A DNA stretch of 64,000 nucleotides, from the NCBI GenBank assembly GCA_963826785.1, contig CAWGYD010000004.1:288001-352000 (forward strand), in the 5' to 3' direction. The notes beneath the pieces were generated by a model. It did not search any database. It saw nothing but the letters and a program-made list of their open reading frames with translations, and had not been told where the DNA came from. Shown piece after piece: positions 21,166 to 32,044 of this stretch (position 1 is the stretch's first letter; each line of letters starts with the position of its first letter). A program made the position numbers and the translations under genes. This stretch comes from an uncultured delta proteobacterium. Lineage in GTDB: Bacteria > Desulfobacterota > Desulfobacteria > Desulfobacterales > Desulfosalsimonadaceae.

Positions 21166-21801
21166 TCAAGCGCTCTCATCAAACCACCTGCGGGCTATTT
21201 TTCGCTGGCGGAAAGAATCCATTTGATCTGTATTCATTATTTCCGGATGAACCGCGGTCCTGCCGCCGTCTCGTCGTATTATAAAACCACGGCGGGCAGC
21301 CACCGGCTTGGATTCTGCACCGGAAAAAAAGATCACCCTGATTTCGAGCCGGGTAATCTTCTCTTCGGTTTGTTCGGTGCCTTCATCGGCCTGAACTGAC
21401 TGCGCTGCCTTTGAAACCAGGTCTTTGAATGTCCCCAGAAGGGTGAAGGCACCGGATTCCAACGGCCCCTGTTTCAGCAGATATTTGAGCTTCTGCCCTG
21501 CATAATCATCGGAGGAAAAGCGACGATAATCTGTTATCCTGAATTGTACTTTATTTTGGGGCGTTTCAGCAATTACATAGATGCTGGAAATATTGATGAT
21601 GTGCTGGCTCATGTTGATGACCAGGCAGACCGAATCCAAGTCATTATCGGGGGACTGCTGGATCATGATCCTCGGGTAATGCCTGCTTTTAAAATCCCGG
21701 TAAAATATATGCGCATAAAAAACCCACACAAACACCAGGATCAGGCTCCCTGCCGCATAAAGCTGAGCCCCGTTTTTCCATACCCATCCGATGATATCCA
21801 T
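21166..21801 (-). CDS. Hypothetical membrane-anchored protein
   Basis: N-terminal TM (LILVFVWVFYAHIFY); start uncertain. Confidence 0.65.
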   Translation of the reverse strand: MDIIGWVWKNGAQLYAAGSLILVFVWVFYAHIFYRDFKSRHYPRIMIQQSPDNDLDSVCLVINMSQHIINISSIYVIAETPQNKVQFRITDYRRFSSDDYAGQKLKYLLKQGPLESGAFTLLGTFKDLVSKAAQSVQADEGTEQTEEKITRLEIRVIFFSGAESKPVAARRGFIIRRDGGRTAVHPEIMNTDQMDSFRQRKIARRWFDESA

Positions 21802-21924
21802 TTTCTCACTGATCTGCCCTGTGCAGGAATCGTTGAAAAGCCCGGCCAATCCAACCTGAAAAATAAAGAGCCCCTTCGCCAGCGTCAGAAACGAGGGCGT
21901 TAAAGTCCCGGCAAGGGCATTTCC

Positions 21925-21970
21925 GGATGCATGCCTTCGCAGGCATGACGTGAAAATGGCTTTTTACGAG
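21925..21970. repeat. REP-like element, family C copy 2
   Basis: GGATGCATGCCTTCGCAGGCATGACGTGAAAA..TTTTTACGAG, near-identical to 8105-8151. Confidence 0.7.
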
Positions 21971-22289
21971 ACCGCCACAATACCGGGTTACGATCAACGC
22001 ATCTTAGCATGTGGCCCCGAGTGCCGGTATAGAATGCGCACTTTATTTAAATGCTTGATGATCGGTATTCTGCGTTTCAACTGAAAGTAGACGTGCCGGG
22101 AATCCGGACTTCAAAGATTTTGAAAATCCAGGGGCAGATACGGGTAATTGTTCAATCAACGAGGATTCTTATCCGGCGGCGGCGATACATTAATGCAGAC
22201 CTTTCCCCCATTTTGCTGATCTGCTTTGCTGTGAATAAATTGGAATTACACTTGGGCATGGTTAAATTGCTGATGTCGGGAATACGCAT

Positions 22290-22451
22290 ATCTGGTTATC
22301 CCGAAAAATCCAGTAATCGTTTTTCTTCCCCCTTTTGAAAAGGCGGGCGGGGGGGATTTCTCCTAGGAGGCGCCAAATCCCCCTAAATCCCCCTTTTTCA
22401 AAGGGGGACTTTGAATCCGGAAATCTAACTGGAGTATTCCGGATACCCAGA
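22290..22451. repeat. MITE/REP-like element, family A copy 1 (~162 bp)
   Basis: Near-identical to 26304-26467; inverted ends ATCTGGTTATCC...GGATACCCAGA; internal CCCCCTTT..AAAGGGGG hairpins. Confidence 0.85.
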
Positions 22452-22478
22452 AACGCAGATGTTTTGAAACGCCAATAA

Positions 22479-23888
22479 ATGAGCCCGAGAGTGGAAAGAC
22501 TCTACGCAGAACAAATCAAACAGCTTTACAAGCAAATACCCATCGGATTAACCGCCACGGTGGTCAATTCCCTTGTTCTGGTTATCCTTTTATGGAACGT
22601 CATTTCCTCCACAGTCCTGTCCGTCTGGTTTGCTGCAAGCGTTATTCTGGCGGCTTTAAGATACCTGTCTTTTCTGAAATTTACGCGCCTGGTGCGGTCG
22701 GCACAACAACCAGCCGAATTTCGGAAATATGAAATCGGGTTCAACCTCGGGATCGCTTTATCCGGCATCATATGGGGTTCGGCCGGTATTTTTCTGTTTC
22801 CGGCAAACAGCTTGCCCCACCAGGTCCTCATTGCATTCGTAACGGGCGGAATGGTTGCCGGGGCAGCGGGGACCTTTTCAATCATAATGAACGCTTTTCT
22901 GGCGTTCAGTCTGCCGGCGCTGTTGCCTGTGATCATACGGTTTTTTCTGGTAGGAGACCCTGTCCGGATTGGCATGGGGTGCATGACCCTGCTGTTTGGC
23001 GGCCTGATGTATTTGACCGCCAAACGGGTGCACCAGGCGGTCGTACTCGCATTAACACTGCAATTTGAAAACAGCGATCTCATCGAAAGACTGGAAGACC
23101 GTGTAAAACAGCGGACTGCGGAATTGGCAGCCGCCAACGAAGCCACGCAACGGTTGAATGAGAACCTGGAACTGCGGGTGATCGAGCGCACCCAGCTGGC
23201 GGAGCAACGGGCAAAGCAGCTTCGGGGCCTGATGGCGGAGCTGACGCTTGCCGAGCATCAAGAGCGGCGGCGTTTGGCGGGGATTCTTCACGATCACCTG
23301 CAGCAGTTTCTGGTTGCAGCAAAAATGAAGGGTGAAATCCTGTGCGGGCAAATCAGGGCGGACCAGAAACCGCCGGTTGAAAATATTCTTAATCTCATCA
23401 CCCAGTCACTCTCGGTTTCGCGGTCGTTGACCGCTGAACTCTCTCCCCCGGTTCTGCAAAACGGCAGCCTTTCCGCTGCACTGGAATGGCTTGCCGAATG
23501 GATGCGGGAAAATCATGAGCTTGCGGTTGAACTGCAGACAGATCCCGATGTCGATCCGAAACGAAAAGACATCACGATTCTATTGTTTCAATCCGCCCGT
23601 GAACTGCTCTTCAATGTGGTCAAACATGCGGGCGTGCGATCCGCTCGGGTTGCCATGAACAGCCATGAAGGCGGCCTGTTCAGCTTGACAGTCAGTGATC
23701 GGGGAATGGGATTTAATCCGGAAACCCTTTGGGAAAAACCGGGCAGCGGACTCGGGCTCTTAAGCATCCGTGAGCGGCTGACACTGCTGGGCGGAAGCAT
23801 CAGGATAGAAAGTTCGCCGGGAAAAGGCGCCACTTTCACGCTGATGGTTCCAAGGAAAATGCAGGAAGAAGAACCAGGGGAGACTTAG
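22479..23888 (+). CDS. Membrane sensor histidine kinase (HisKA_3/NarX-like)
   Basis: Multi-TM N-terminus; ERRRLAGILHD H-box, ELLFNVVKHA, DRGMGF and GLGLLSIRER. Confidence 0.9.
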   Translation: MSPRVERLYAEQIKQLYKQIPIGLTATVVNSLVLVILLWNVISSTVLSVWFAASVILAALRYLSFLKFTRLVRSAQQPAEFRKYEIGFNLGIALSGIIWGSAGIFLFPANSLPHQVLIAFVTGGMVAGAAGTFSIIMNAFLAFSLPALLPVIIRFFLVGDPVRIGMGCMTLLFGGLMYLTAKRVHQAVVLALTLQFENSDLIERLEDRVKQRTAELAAANEATQRLNENLELRVIERTQLAEQRAKQLRGLMAELTLAEHQERRRLAGILHDHLQQFLVAAKMKGEILCGQIRADQKPPVENILNLITQSLSVSRSLTAELSPPVLQNGSLSAALEWLAEWMRENHELAVELQTDPDVDPKRKDITILLFQSARELLFNVVKHAGVRSARVAMNSHEGGLFSLTVSDRGMGFNPETLWEKPGSGLGLLSIRERLTLLGGSIRIESSPGKGATFTLMVPRKMQEEEPGET

Positions 23889-23994
23889 GGGGATCACTTC
23901 ATCATTTAGGCTATGAAAGCAAGCCCCGGCCATTGCCACGTGAATCGATCCGATTCAGGTAAAATCTCCTCTCCGGCCGCAACTTACCGCAAAT

Positions 23995-24795
23995 TTACCC
24001 ACCCGGCTGTCCGATTTTCACCACCGTTCGTTCCATAATCTTTCCTGAATCCGTGGTGAAGGTCATCTTCACCGTGTGGAGCCGGCCTTCGGCAAACAGG
24101 CGGACGCATTCGGGATAGAGTTCCCATTCCAGGGCGAGGCCTTTTTTCCGGATGGTGTCGATGGTGTCGTCTTCTTCGATGGAAAAGCATTTCTGTCCGA
24201 TGATGGGGCCCGAATCCTCTCCGTAGTCGATGAAATGGACCGTGCACCCCCCCACCTTGCACCCGTATCGAAAAGTGTCGCCGTAGCCGTCGACCCCGGG
24301 AAAGGCCGGAAGCAGGGCCGGATGGATGTTCATGATCCTGGGCCGATTGGGCGCGGTATTGACCCGGTCGATGAAATAGGGGGTGAGGTTGCGCATGAAC
24401 CCGGCCAGGACCAGCAGGTCAAACGGAAACGGGGCCATTTCTTTCAGGAGCGCGGCCTCGGCAATGGCCCGGGAGCACAAAAAGGCATCCACCTTTTCCC
24501 GGTTTGCATCGGGTGCGAAAAAAGACTGCTTGGAGCGGATATCGGCAAGATCAAAATCGTCAGGCAGTTTCGCCTTGTCCGGACTGCTCTTGAAATCGGC
24601 GATCATCCCGGCATAATTTACCACGAATGCCGGGATTTTCTTCTCCCTTGCCTTTAAAAGCCCCCTGGCGCCGGGATTGTCCGATCCCACGAACACCACG
24701 TCCGCTTCGATCTTTCCTTCTTCACACGCCCGGGCGATGGCCTCGAAATTGGTGCCCGTGCCGCTGATCAGTGCGCCGATGCGGATGCGTCCCAT
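23995..24795 (-). CDS. purN: Phosphoribosylglycinamide formyltransferase
   Basis: ISGTGTNF, LAGFMR, NIHPALLP, GCTVHF and DSGPII motifs. Confidence 0.93.
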   Translation of the reverse strand: MGRIRIGALISGTGTNFEAIARACEEGKIEADVVFVGSDNPGARGLLKAREKKIPAFVVNYAGMIADFKSSPDKAKLPDDFDLADIRSKQSFFAPDANREKVDAFLCSRAIAEAALLKEMAPFPFDLLVLAGFMRNLTPYFIDRVNTAPNRPRIMNIHPALLPAFPGVDGYGDTFRYGCKVGGCTVHFIDYGEDSGPIIGQKCFSIEEDDTIDTIRKKGLALEWELYPECVRLFAEGRLHTVKMTFTTDSGKIMERTVVKIGQPGG

Positions 24796-24812
24796 GGAAA
24801 AGAATCTCCGCC

Positions 24813-26196
24813 TCAGTTGGTCCTGGATTGATAGGGATATACCTTCCCCGGATCGTTGAAATACTCCCGGGTGGTCCGGATCACGACGGGGCTTAAGAGT
24901 ATCAGCCCCACCAGGTTGGGCCAGGCCATCAATGCGTTGAAGATATCGGAGATGACCCATACCCGTTTTAAGGTGATGGATGCGCCCACCGGCAGCAGCA
25001 GGCAGTACAGGATCCGGTAGGGGAGGACCAGCTTCTGGCCGAACAGGTAGTCGATGCAGCGGTCCCCGTAATAGGACCAGCTGATGGCGGTGGAAAAGGC
25101 GAAGATGATCAGGCCGAAGGAGACGATGTAGTCCCCGGGGCCGGGAAGGCCCATGTTGAAGGCCCTGGCCGTGAGCACCGCGCCCGTCAATGCTTTTCCC
25201 GCCTCGTCGATCTGCAGGTGGGCGTTGGTGGTGAGGATGACCAGCGCGGTCATGGTGCAGACCACGATGGTGTCGATGAAGGGGCCAAGCATGGCCACCA
25301 GCCCTTCCCGCACCGGCTCTTCGGTCTGGGCCGCGCCGTGGGCGATGGGGGCGCTCCCCAGCCCCGCCTCATTGGAGAACAGGCCCCGGGCCACACCGGA
25401 CTGGATGACGAAGGCCAGGGTCGCGCCGGTAAACCCGCCGGCGGCCGCGCTGCCGGTGAAGGCATCGTGAAAGATCTGGGCAAATGCCGCCGGAATCCCG
25501 TGGAAATTGGCCAGGATCACCCACAGCGCCCCCAGCACGTAGAAGACGCACATGAACGGCACCAGCCGGCTGGCCACCTGGCCGATCCGCTTGATGCCGC
25601 CCTACGATGACGGCAAACACCAGCACCCCGATGACTATGCCCGTGACCAGTTTGGGGATGCCGAAGGAGTGCAGCACCGGCTCGGCCACGGAATTGGCCT
25701 GCACCATGTTGCCGATCCCGAAAGAGGCGATGGCGGCAAATACCGCAAACAGAACCCCCAGCCATTTCTGGCCCAGCCCCTTTTCCAGGTAGTACATGGG
25801 ACCGGCGCCCACGGTGCCGTCTTCATGGATGGTGCGGTAGTGCAGGGAGAGCAGGCATTCGGCATATTTGAGTCCCATGCCGAAGATGGCGGTCACCCAC
25901 ATCCAGAATACCGCGCCGGGGCCGCCCATGGCGATGGCCACCCCGACCCCGGCGATGTTTCCCGTGCCGATGGTGGCGGACAGGGCCGCGCTCAGGGCTT
26001 GGAAATGGGTGATTTCCCCTTTGTCATCGGGATTGTCGAATTTCCCGGAGATGATCAGCCAGGCGTACCCGAACTTGCGGATCTGCACCGCCCGGAACAG
26101 TATGGCCATGAGAATGCCGGTTCCCACCAGGAGCACGATGGTGACCGGGCCCCACACGAATCCGTTGATGCTGCTTAAAATCTGGTCAATCGGCAT
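24813..26196 (-). pseudogene. agcS: Alanine/glycine:cation symporter (AGCS), frameshifted near 25602
   Basis: TIGTGNIAGV, GGPGAVFWMW and RGLFSNEAGLGSAP motifs; removing one base in GTAGGGCGGCATC restores VGGIKRIG. Confidence 0.88.
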
Positions 26197-26303
26197 ACAC
26201 TCTCCTTCATCAAGGGGTGATCATTTTCTGCTCATGCGTTCCATTTCTGCCGTGAAAGGCCAAGACCCGCGCAAAAACACGGTTGGGATGCCACTATATT
26301 TCA

Positions 26304-26467
26304 ATCTGGTTATCCCGAAAAATCCAGTAATCGTTTTTCTCCCCCCTTTTGAAAAGGGGGGCTGGGGGGGATTTCTCCCGGGAGGCGCCAAATCCCCCTA
26401 AATCCCCCTTTTTCAAAGGGGGACTTTGAATCCGGAATTCTAACTGGAGTATTCCGGATAACCAGAT
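26304..26467. repeat. MITE/REP-like element, family A copy 2
   Basis: Perfect 12-bp inverted ends ATCTGGTTATCC/GGATAACCAGAT; near-identical to 22290-22451. Confidence 0.85.
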
Positions 26468-26491
26468 ATTTCAATTGCATTGCGGATCGGG

Positions 26492-28063
26492 TCACCGTCC
26501 GCCGAAAGTGACCTTCATGTCATCGGGGTAGGTGATGGAAAACCCGTACTGGATTTTCGTTTTTCCCCGGGGGGCGACGTCAAAGGTCCACTTGAGCAGG
26601 TGGTCCTCTTTTTTGGGCTGTATGTTTTTAAATTCGGTTTCCAGTTTGATCCGCTCATCCCGGATCTGGGGGTAGGCCGCTTCCATGAGAATATCCGCCG
26701 GATGCGCGGTGTGGTTTTCCACCGTCACCGCCCAGGTCCATTTAAAGCTTTTCTTGCCGGCAAACAGCCCCTTTTCCCCGGATTCCTTTTCCAGAAGATC
26801 CAGTTTTACGGAAATGCCGGGATCGGTCCCGAAAAAGAGATCCTGCTGCGCATCCGGCATGGCAAACATGCGGTCGGCAATAAAGGCCCCATCCACGAAA
26901 AACTCGGCATTTCCTTCCGGCAGGGGGAGGAAGGCTTCCGGAGCCATGTTGACATTGGCCGTCAAAAAGGCTTCGGCGGCTTCGTGGGGCCGGATCATGT
27001 ACTTGAAATCCGCCTTCCAGTTCTGCTGACGAATGGCCACCCTTCGATTCTGGCCCGCCGGAATGAAGTGGCGGCCCAGGTCATAGGTGTCGTACAGGTA
27101 CTGGGTCTGCCGCCGGGGCGCCTCGCCTGCCGCAAACATCTGTGCCTCGGCATTCGCCTGGGGGGCCATGGCATCGCGCGCCATTTTCCGCATGGGCACG
27201 GCTTCAGGCGCCGGCCGGATAATCCAGTCGCCGGTTTCCGGCGGTTCGGGCTGGGTATAGGCCTGGGCGGTGGCCACGGTGACGGCCACATTCTGCCAGT
27301 CCGTGCCGGTATTCTGGTAGATATCGGCAAACCAGGAAAAATCGATTGAGGATGCATCCGGTCGGGCGTTCAAGGTGTATGAGGGGGTCCAGGAGCAGCT
27401 GGGGGTGCGGTAGCTGTAATCCAGACCGATTTTTTCCGCCCCTGCAGAAGCGCGGTCCGCACCTTTAAGATATACGGTAACCCGCCAGCGCTTTTCCGCC
27501 CTGCCGGTGAGATCGTTGATCTCCTCCTGGAGTTTTTTGACCTGATCATTTACCTCCTTGAGGGTCTGCTCATGCTGGTAGATCTCGTCATAGGCGGCAG
27601 TCAGGCCGGTTTTCATGGATTGGGCCACCTGATCGACGGACTCGGTCTTCTCCGGCATGTTTTTGCCCATGTTTTCCCAGAAGGCGATATAGGTGCGGTT
27701 GGATTTGATCCGGCTCTCAAGCCCCGCCTTTTTTGCCGAAAGCACTTCCAGGCGGTCTTTCAAGGCGGTCAGTTCCTTTGATTCCGGCATGTCTTCCATA
27801 TCGACCTGAACAGACGAGATGGCATATCTTCCTTTTTCCGGCACCTCGATGGTGAGCGAATCCGTATCCGCGCTCAACGGCAGGAAAAGATCGGCCCGGA
27901 GGCGGTCGTTTTCCTTTGCGAGATCAACGGTCTGGTGTTCGGTAATCCGGGCGCCGCTGGGGTAGATGATGACGGATACCGGTTCGGCGAATGCGGCGGC
28001 GGGCAGCAGCCATGCGGTCATGGCCAGGCCAAGGGCGGCAAGAACAGTAAGGGCTTTTTTCAT
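26492..28063 (-). CDS. DUF4140/DUF4139 (MuiA-like) exported protein
   Basis: Signal peptide, VIIYPSGARIT, coiled coil, SWTPSY, QNTGTDWQNV and FGTDP. Confidence 0.82.
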   Translation of the reverse strand: MKKALTVLAALGLAMTAWLLPAAAFAEPVSVIIYPSGARITEHQTVDLAKENDRLRADLFLPLSADTDSLTIEVPEKGRYAISSVQVDMEDMPESKELTALKDRLEVLSAKKAGLESRIKSNRTYIAFWENMGKNMPEKTESVDQVAQSMKTGLTAAYDEIYQHEQTLKEVNDQVKKLQEEINDLTGRAEKRWRVTVYLKGADRASAGAEKIGLDYSYRTPSCSWTPSYTLNARPDASSIDFSWFADIYQNTGTDWQNVAVTVATAQAYTQPEPPETGDWIIRPAPEAVPMRKMARDAMAPQANAEAQMFAAGEAPRRQTQYLYDTYDLGRHFIPAGQNRRVAIRQQNWKADFKYMIRPHEAAEAFLTANVNMAPEAFLPLPEGNAEFFVDGAFIADRMFAMPDAQQDLFFGTDPGISVKLDLLEKESGEKGLFAGKKSFKWTWAVTVENHTAHPADILMEAAYPQIRDERIKLETEFKNIQPKKEDHLLKWTFDVAPRGKTKIQYGFSITYPDDMKVTFGGR

Positions 28064-28066
28064 GTG

Positions 28067-29065
28067 TTACTCTTTCGGTTGGGTTTCGGGCGTAAGCGGG
28101 GCCATGATGGCATCGGCTTTTCCGGAAGACAGCAGAAACGGGTAGTCGCTTCCTGAAGAAACAGCCGGATAGCCGACGGCATCCTCACCCTGCTTGGCAA
28201 AGATGGACAGCGAAACCACCTTATCTTCTCCGGCCTGAAGTTTCAAGGTATAGATGGGATCGGTCAGATCCGCTTTGGTCTTGCCATCGATGAATTCCCG
28301 GCATTTCAGGAGGGCTGCCTCATCCAGCAGCTTTTTGACGGCGCCCTCATCCGCAGCGGCTCCGGTTTCATCCTGCCAGGCCATTTTGTCGTCGCGGGCG
28401 GGCGCTTGCATCTGCCCTTCGGCTTTTGGCGTCTTCTCACCCGGCGCTGCGGCATCGGGTGCAGCCGGCGCCGCCTTGAGATCCAATTTTCGGGTCTGGC
28501 TTCCCCGGGTGATTTCGATCTGGTTGACCGCCCCGGATTCAAACGCCAGCACGGTCTTGTCCCGCAGTTCGTCCACCGGGGTTTCAAAGGGGCTTCTGAA
28601 ATTTCCCCGGGCATGATAGACGTTTGCGTCGTCTTTGAGTTTGACGAAGGTGTGGCGGCTGGAGGGCGCGGTTTTTCCGATATCAAAGGCGCGCAGGGTC
28701 TTTCCCCCGGAACCCGCCGCAACGCTGATGCCCTTTTCCGGCCCCAGGTCATAGCGCTGGTAGCTGTTTTCGGAATCCGATACCAGCGCGGTCACCTTCA
28801 GATCCTTGACCGCATCGATCATGGGCTCTACCTTGCTGCTGTCCGCCGGGTATTTTTCGGGATAAATGAGCCATTTGCCGGATTCTTTTTTAAGCTCTAT
28901 GGAATGGTCCGCCCCCTTGATGGAAATGGAGGTGATATCGGCGGAATCGAGCGGTTTGAGATCGGGAAGTTCATAGTGGGTCCGGTCCGTGGTGCGCAGG
29001 GAAAGATACAGCGCCAGGGCGACGATCACCCCGGCCAGCAGGAAATATTCTTTTTTCAGTTTCAT
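28067..29065 (-). CDS. DUF4340-domain protein
   Basis: N-terminal anchor, YPAD and LRDKTV motifs; usual position after a GldG-like gene. Confidence 0.75.
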   Translation of the reverse strand: MKLKKEYFLLAGVIVALALYLSLRTTDRTHYELPDLKPLDSADITSISIKGADHSIELKKESGKWLIYPEKYPADSSKVEPMIDAVKDLKVTALVSDSENSYQRYDLGPEKGISVAAGSGGKTLRAFDIGKTAPSSRHTFVKLKDDANVYHARGNFRSPFETPVDELRDKTVLAFESGAVNQIEITRGSQTRKLDLKAAPAAPDAAAPGEKTPKAEGQMQAPARDDKMAWQDETGAAADEGAVKKLLDEAALLKCREFIDGKTKADLTDPIYTLKLQAGEDKVVSLSIFAKQGEDAVGYPAVSSGSDYPFLLSSGKADAIMAPLTPETQPKE

Positions 29066-29126
29066 CGTCGATCCTCTGTTGGGTATTTCGGCTGAAGGGC
29101 GTTTAGTGCCCTTCAGCCTTTATTTT

Positions 29127-31328
29127 TCAGTTTGCCTGTCGGGTGTGAAACATCATCTGGATCTGTTTTCTGCGGTGTCTGCGGCGCCACAGCATGAACA
29201 GCCCGAACAGGGCCACCAGCACGGGAAGGCCCGCGATATTGAAAACCTTCACCGCGTTTTTGGTCTGGGCCCGGGTTTCTTCCAGCGGGTTGAACCGCTG
29301 GGTCTTGCTCCGGAGCACCGTGGTGGCGGTGCGGCCGTTCAGGGCGTCGATGGCGTTTAATACGAAAGTGGCATTGGGGCTCCGGCCTTCCGCATCCAGC
29401 AGGTTGTCCTTGAGCAGGGCCGATGACCCCACCACCAGCAGCCTGGCCGGTTTCCCCGTTTCAATGGTGGCCGGCCGGCTTTCAACCTTCGCGGCTTGCG
29501 CTTCGGGCGCATTCGCTTCCGGGGTATCCGGTTTGATATCCTCGGACGGGTCTTTGGCTTCCGCCGGCTTTTCCGGGATCTCTTTTCCCGCAAAGTAGCT
29601 GGGGAACCGCCCTTCGACGAGATAGGCCAGGGTCTGGCTGCCGTACTTTTCCTTTTCCGGGGGCGGCTGGATGAACATGGGGTTCAAGCTGATCTGGCCC
29701 TTCATTTCCCAGGATTCGTCCGAGGAGGAAAAGAGCGGCTGCGCGGTGAGTTGATGCGCATTTAGGGTTTCCTTGTCCACCGTGACCGGGGACTGGTTGA
29801 GCGTGATCAGCCCCTTGATGTTTTTCATGAAGGTCAGTTCATGATTGATGTGCTCATTTTTGATCATGGGCGCAAAATAGATGGGCTGATCGCCGCCTCC
29901 GGCCCGTTCGGGCATTTCCTGGTGGAAGCAGTTCTTGTCCAGCACAAACGATTGGCCGATGTTGACGCCGTAGTGCTTCAGCAGCTTCTCCAGCCCGGTG
30001 TCAAGGGGCTGGTAGCTCGGCCCCATGTTGAAGGCGAACTGCTGCCGGGGCGGATTGACCTCCTTGAAGGCGTCCGAGAAAATGGCGATATTGCTTCCCC
30101 GCATCAGGGCCTGGTCGATCTGGTAGAGGGCATAATCGGAGAATTTTTCTTCCGGGTGGGCGATGATCAGGGTGTTTAAGCTTTCCGGGATCCGCTCCTT
30201 GTCAATCGGGATCTGCTTGAAGGAGTAGTTCTGGGAGACCAGGGTCTGAAAATTGCGCAGCTCGTCGGCGCCGCCCTGCTGCATCATGGCCATGGGGCCG
30301 GGAAGTGGAAGCGTTTGGTGATCGGACAGATACCCGATGGTTTCATTGATCCCGATCAAAGATTCGATGTTTTCATTGATGATGTCCTCCAGGCTGTCCA
30401 TGTCCACCAGCTCGTAGCGGGTGCCGATGATGGGGATGCGCACCACGTTTAACAGATGGATCGTGTCCCTGTTGTCCTGATACGACATCACCAGTCCGAT
30501 CACGCCGCGGCCGGACGTGATGTTTTCCCGGGGAATGTCCGGCCATTTGAGGCTCATGAGATTGCTGTCGGCCACCAGGGAATCGATCCGGTCTTCCGGC
30601 GGGTCGATATACTGGTAGGAAAGCTGTCCGTAGTTCATCGAGTTCAGGTGGTCCACCGCTTTTTCCACCGCTCCGGGAAGATTGCGGAGGTTTTCCACAC
30701 CCATGTAGCCGGCCACCTGACCGATGGACGAAGACATGTACATCTTGATGTCGACTTTTTCGGGCAGGTTCGCCAGGGTGCTGATCTTGTTGTTGAGCTT
30801 GGTAATGGCCGTGGTCAGCCGGTATTCCAGCCCTTCGGTGGAGGTGATGGCCGGGATTTTCTCGATGAGATCGCCATGGATAATCACCAGCCCCATGTAA
30901 GCCTTCTTGAACTTGATCTCGTCTTTTTCCAGCATCCGGATTTCCACCGGGTAGATGCCGTAGTTTTCCGCCAGTTTACGGTTTTCTGCAGTCTTTGTGT
31001 TTTCACCCCCCTCGTCGGCGGAAACGTCATAGAACCGGAAGTTGAAATTTTTATTTGAGCGGATGGCGTATTCCTGCAGCAGGTCGTTCAGATACTGCCG
31101 GGTGTTGTTGTGGGGGGCCGGCAGGTTCTCGGTGAAGAACACATCGATGGTCAGGGGTTCGGAAAGGGAGGACACCGCCTTTTCGCTCGCCTCCGACAGG
31201 GAGTACAGGTCGTTTCCGGTCAGGTCCACCCGGAAAAACAGGGTGAGCCCTGCAAGGTTGACCAGCACGACCACCACCATGTAGATGAGAAATTTGATAT
31301 ATGCGTCTGTTTTGAATTTTGCCTTCAT
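29127..31328 (-). CDS. GldG-like ABC transporter auxiliary component
   Basis: RVDLTGNDLYSLS, FFTENLP and LEYRLT motifs; N- and C-terminal TMs. Confidence 0.85.
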   Translation of the reverse strand: MKAKFKTDAYIKFLIYMVVVVLVNLAGLTLFFRVDLTGNDLYSLSEASEKAVSSLSEPLTIDVFFTENLPAPHNNTRQYLNDLLQEYAIRSNKNFNFRFYDVSADEGGENTKTAENRKLAENYGIYPVEIRMLEKDEIKFKKAYMGLVIIHGDLIEKIPAITSTEGLEYRLTTAITKLNNKISTLANLPEKVDIKMYMSSSIGQVAGYMGVENLRNLPGAVEKAVDHLNSMNYGQLSYQYIDPPEDRIDSLVADSNLMSLKWPDIPRENITSGRGVIGLVMSYQDNRDTIHLLNVVRIPIIGTRYELVDMDSLEDIINENIESLIGINETIGYLSDHQTLPLPGPMAMMQQGGADELRNFQTLVSQNYSFKQIPIDKERIPESLNTLIIAHPEEKFSDYALYQIDQALMRGSNIAIFSDAFKEVNPPRQQFAFNMGPSYQPLDTGLEKLLKHYGVNIGQSFVLDKNCFHQEMPERAGGGDQPIYFAPMIKNEHINHELTFMKNIKGLITLNQSPVTVDKETLNAHQLTAQPLFSSSDESWEMKGQISLNPMFIQPPPEKEKYGSQTLAYLVEGRFPSYFAGKEIPEKPAEAKDPSEDIKPDTPEANAPEAQAAKVESRPATIETGKPARLLVVGSSALLKDNLLDAEGRSPNATFVLNAIDALNGRTATTVLRSKTQRFNPLEETRAQTKNAVKVFNIAGLPVLVALFGLFMLWRRRHRRKQIQMMFHTRQAN

Positions 31329-31338
31329 CAGGATCTCC

Positions 31339-32043
31339 TTATTCCGTTTTCAGCAGCGACAAATAGGTGGCATACAGACCGACAAACACCACGCTGAGAA
31401 AGTACAGCAGGTCCCGCGAATCGATTATGCCCTTGGAGATGTTGGTAAAATGAGTGTCCGCGCCCAGGTATGCGGCGATCTGGAGAATCGAATCGGGAAA
31501 GAAAAACAGAAGCTTGTCGATCAGCGTGAGCGCAAAGCAGATGGCCGCCCCCACGATGAACGCGATGATCTGGTTGCGGGTCAGCGACGAGGCGAAAATG
31601 CCCACCGCCGTAAACGCCGATCCCAGCAGCAGGGCGCCGATATAGCCGCCGATGACCGGCCCCCAGTCCAGGTCTCCGATCAGGGAGATGGTGATCGGAT
31701 AGGCCAGGGTGGGGATAAGAAGCGCCGCCACGATGGCCACGCCGGCGACGAATTTGCCGAGAATGATCTCATTGTAGGTCACCGGCATGGTGAGCAGCAG
31801 CTCATAGGAGCCCGCGTAAAGTTCCTCGGAAAACAGCCGCATGGACACGGCCGGGATCACGAACGAAAAGACCAGGGGCAGCAGGGAAAAGAAGTTGCGC
31901 ATGCTGGCCTGGTCATAGAGGAAAAAGGTGGAAAAGAAAAACCAGCCGGTAATCACCAGGAATATCGAGATGACGATGTAGGCGATGGGCGAGATGAAAT
32001 AATGTTTGAGTTCTTTTTGGGCGATATGGGTAAACTGCCGCAT
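31339..32043 (-). CDS. GldF-like ABC-2 permease
   Basis: KELKHYFISPIAY, MRLFSEE, ELLLTMP, LGKF and TRNQIIAF motifs. Confidence 0.9.
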   Translation of the reverse strand: MRQFTHIAQKELKHYFISPIAYIVISIFLVITGWFFFSTFFLYDQASMRNFFSLLPLVFSFVIPAVSMRLFSEELYAGSYELLLTMPVTYNEIILGKFVAGVAIVAALLIPTLAYPITISLIGDLDWGPVIGGYIGALLLGSAFTAVGIFASSLTRNQIIAFIVGAAICFALTLIDKLLFFFPDSILQIAAYLGADTHFTNISKGIIDSRDLLYFLSVVFVGLYATYLSLLKTE

Positions 32044-32044
32044 G

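Noticed and set aside
22051..22338. 95-aa ORF upstream of the histidine kinase, and the 61-aa ORF at 26310-26495
   Set aside because: Both run into or through the family A repeat; no RBS or motif support
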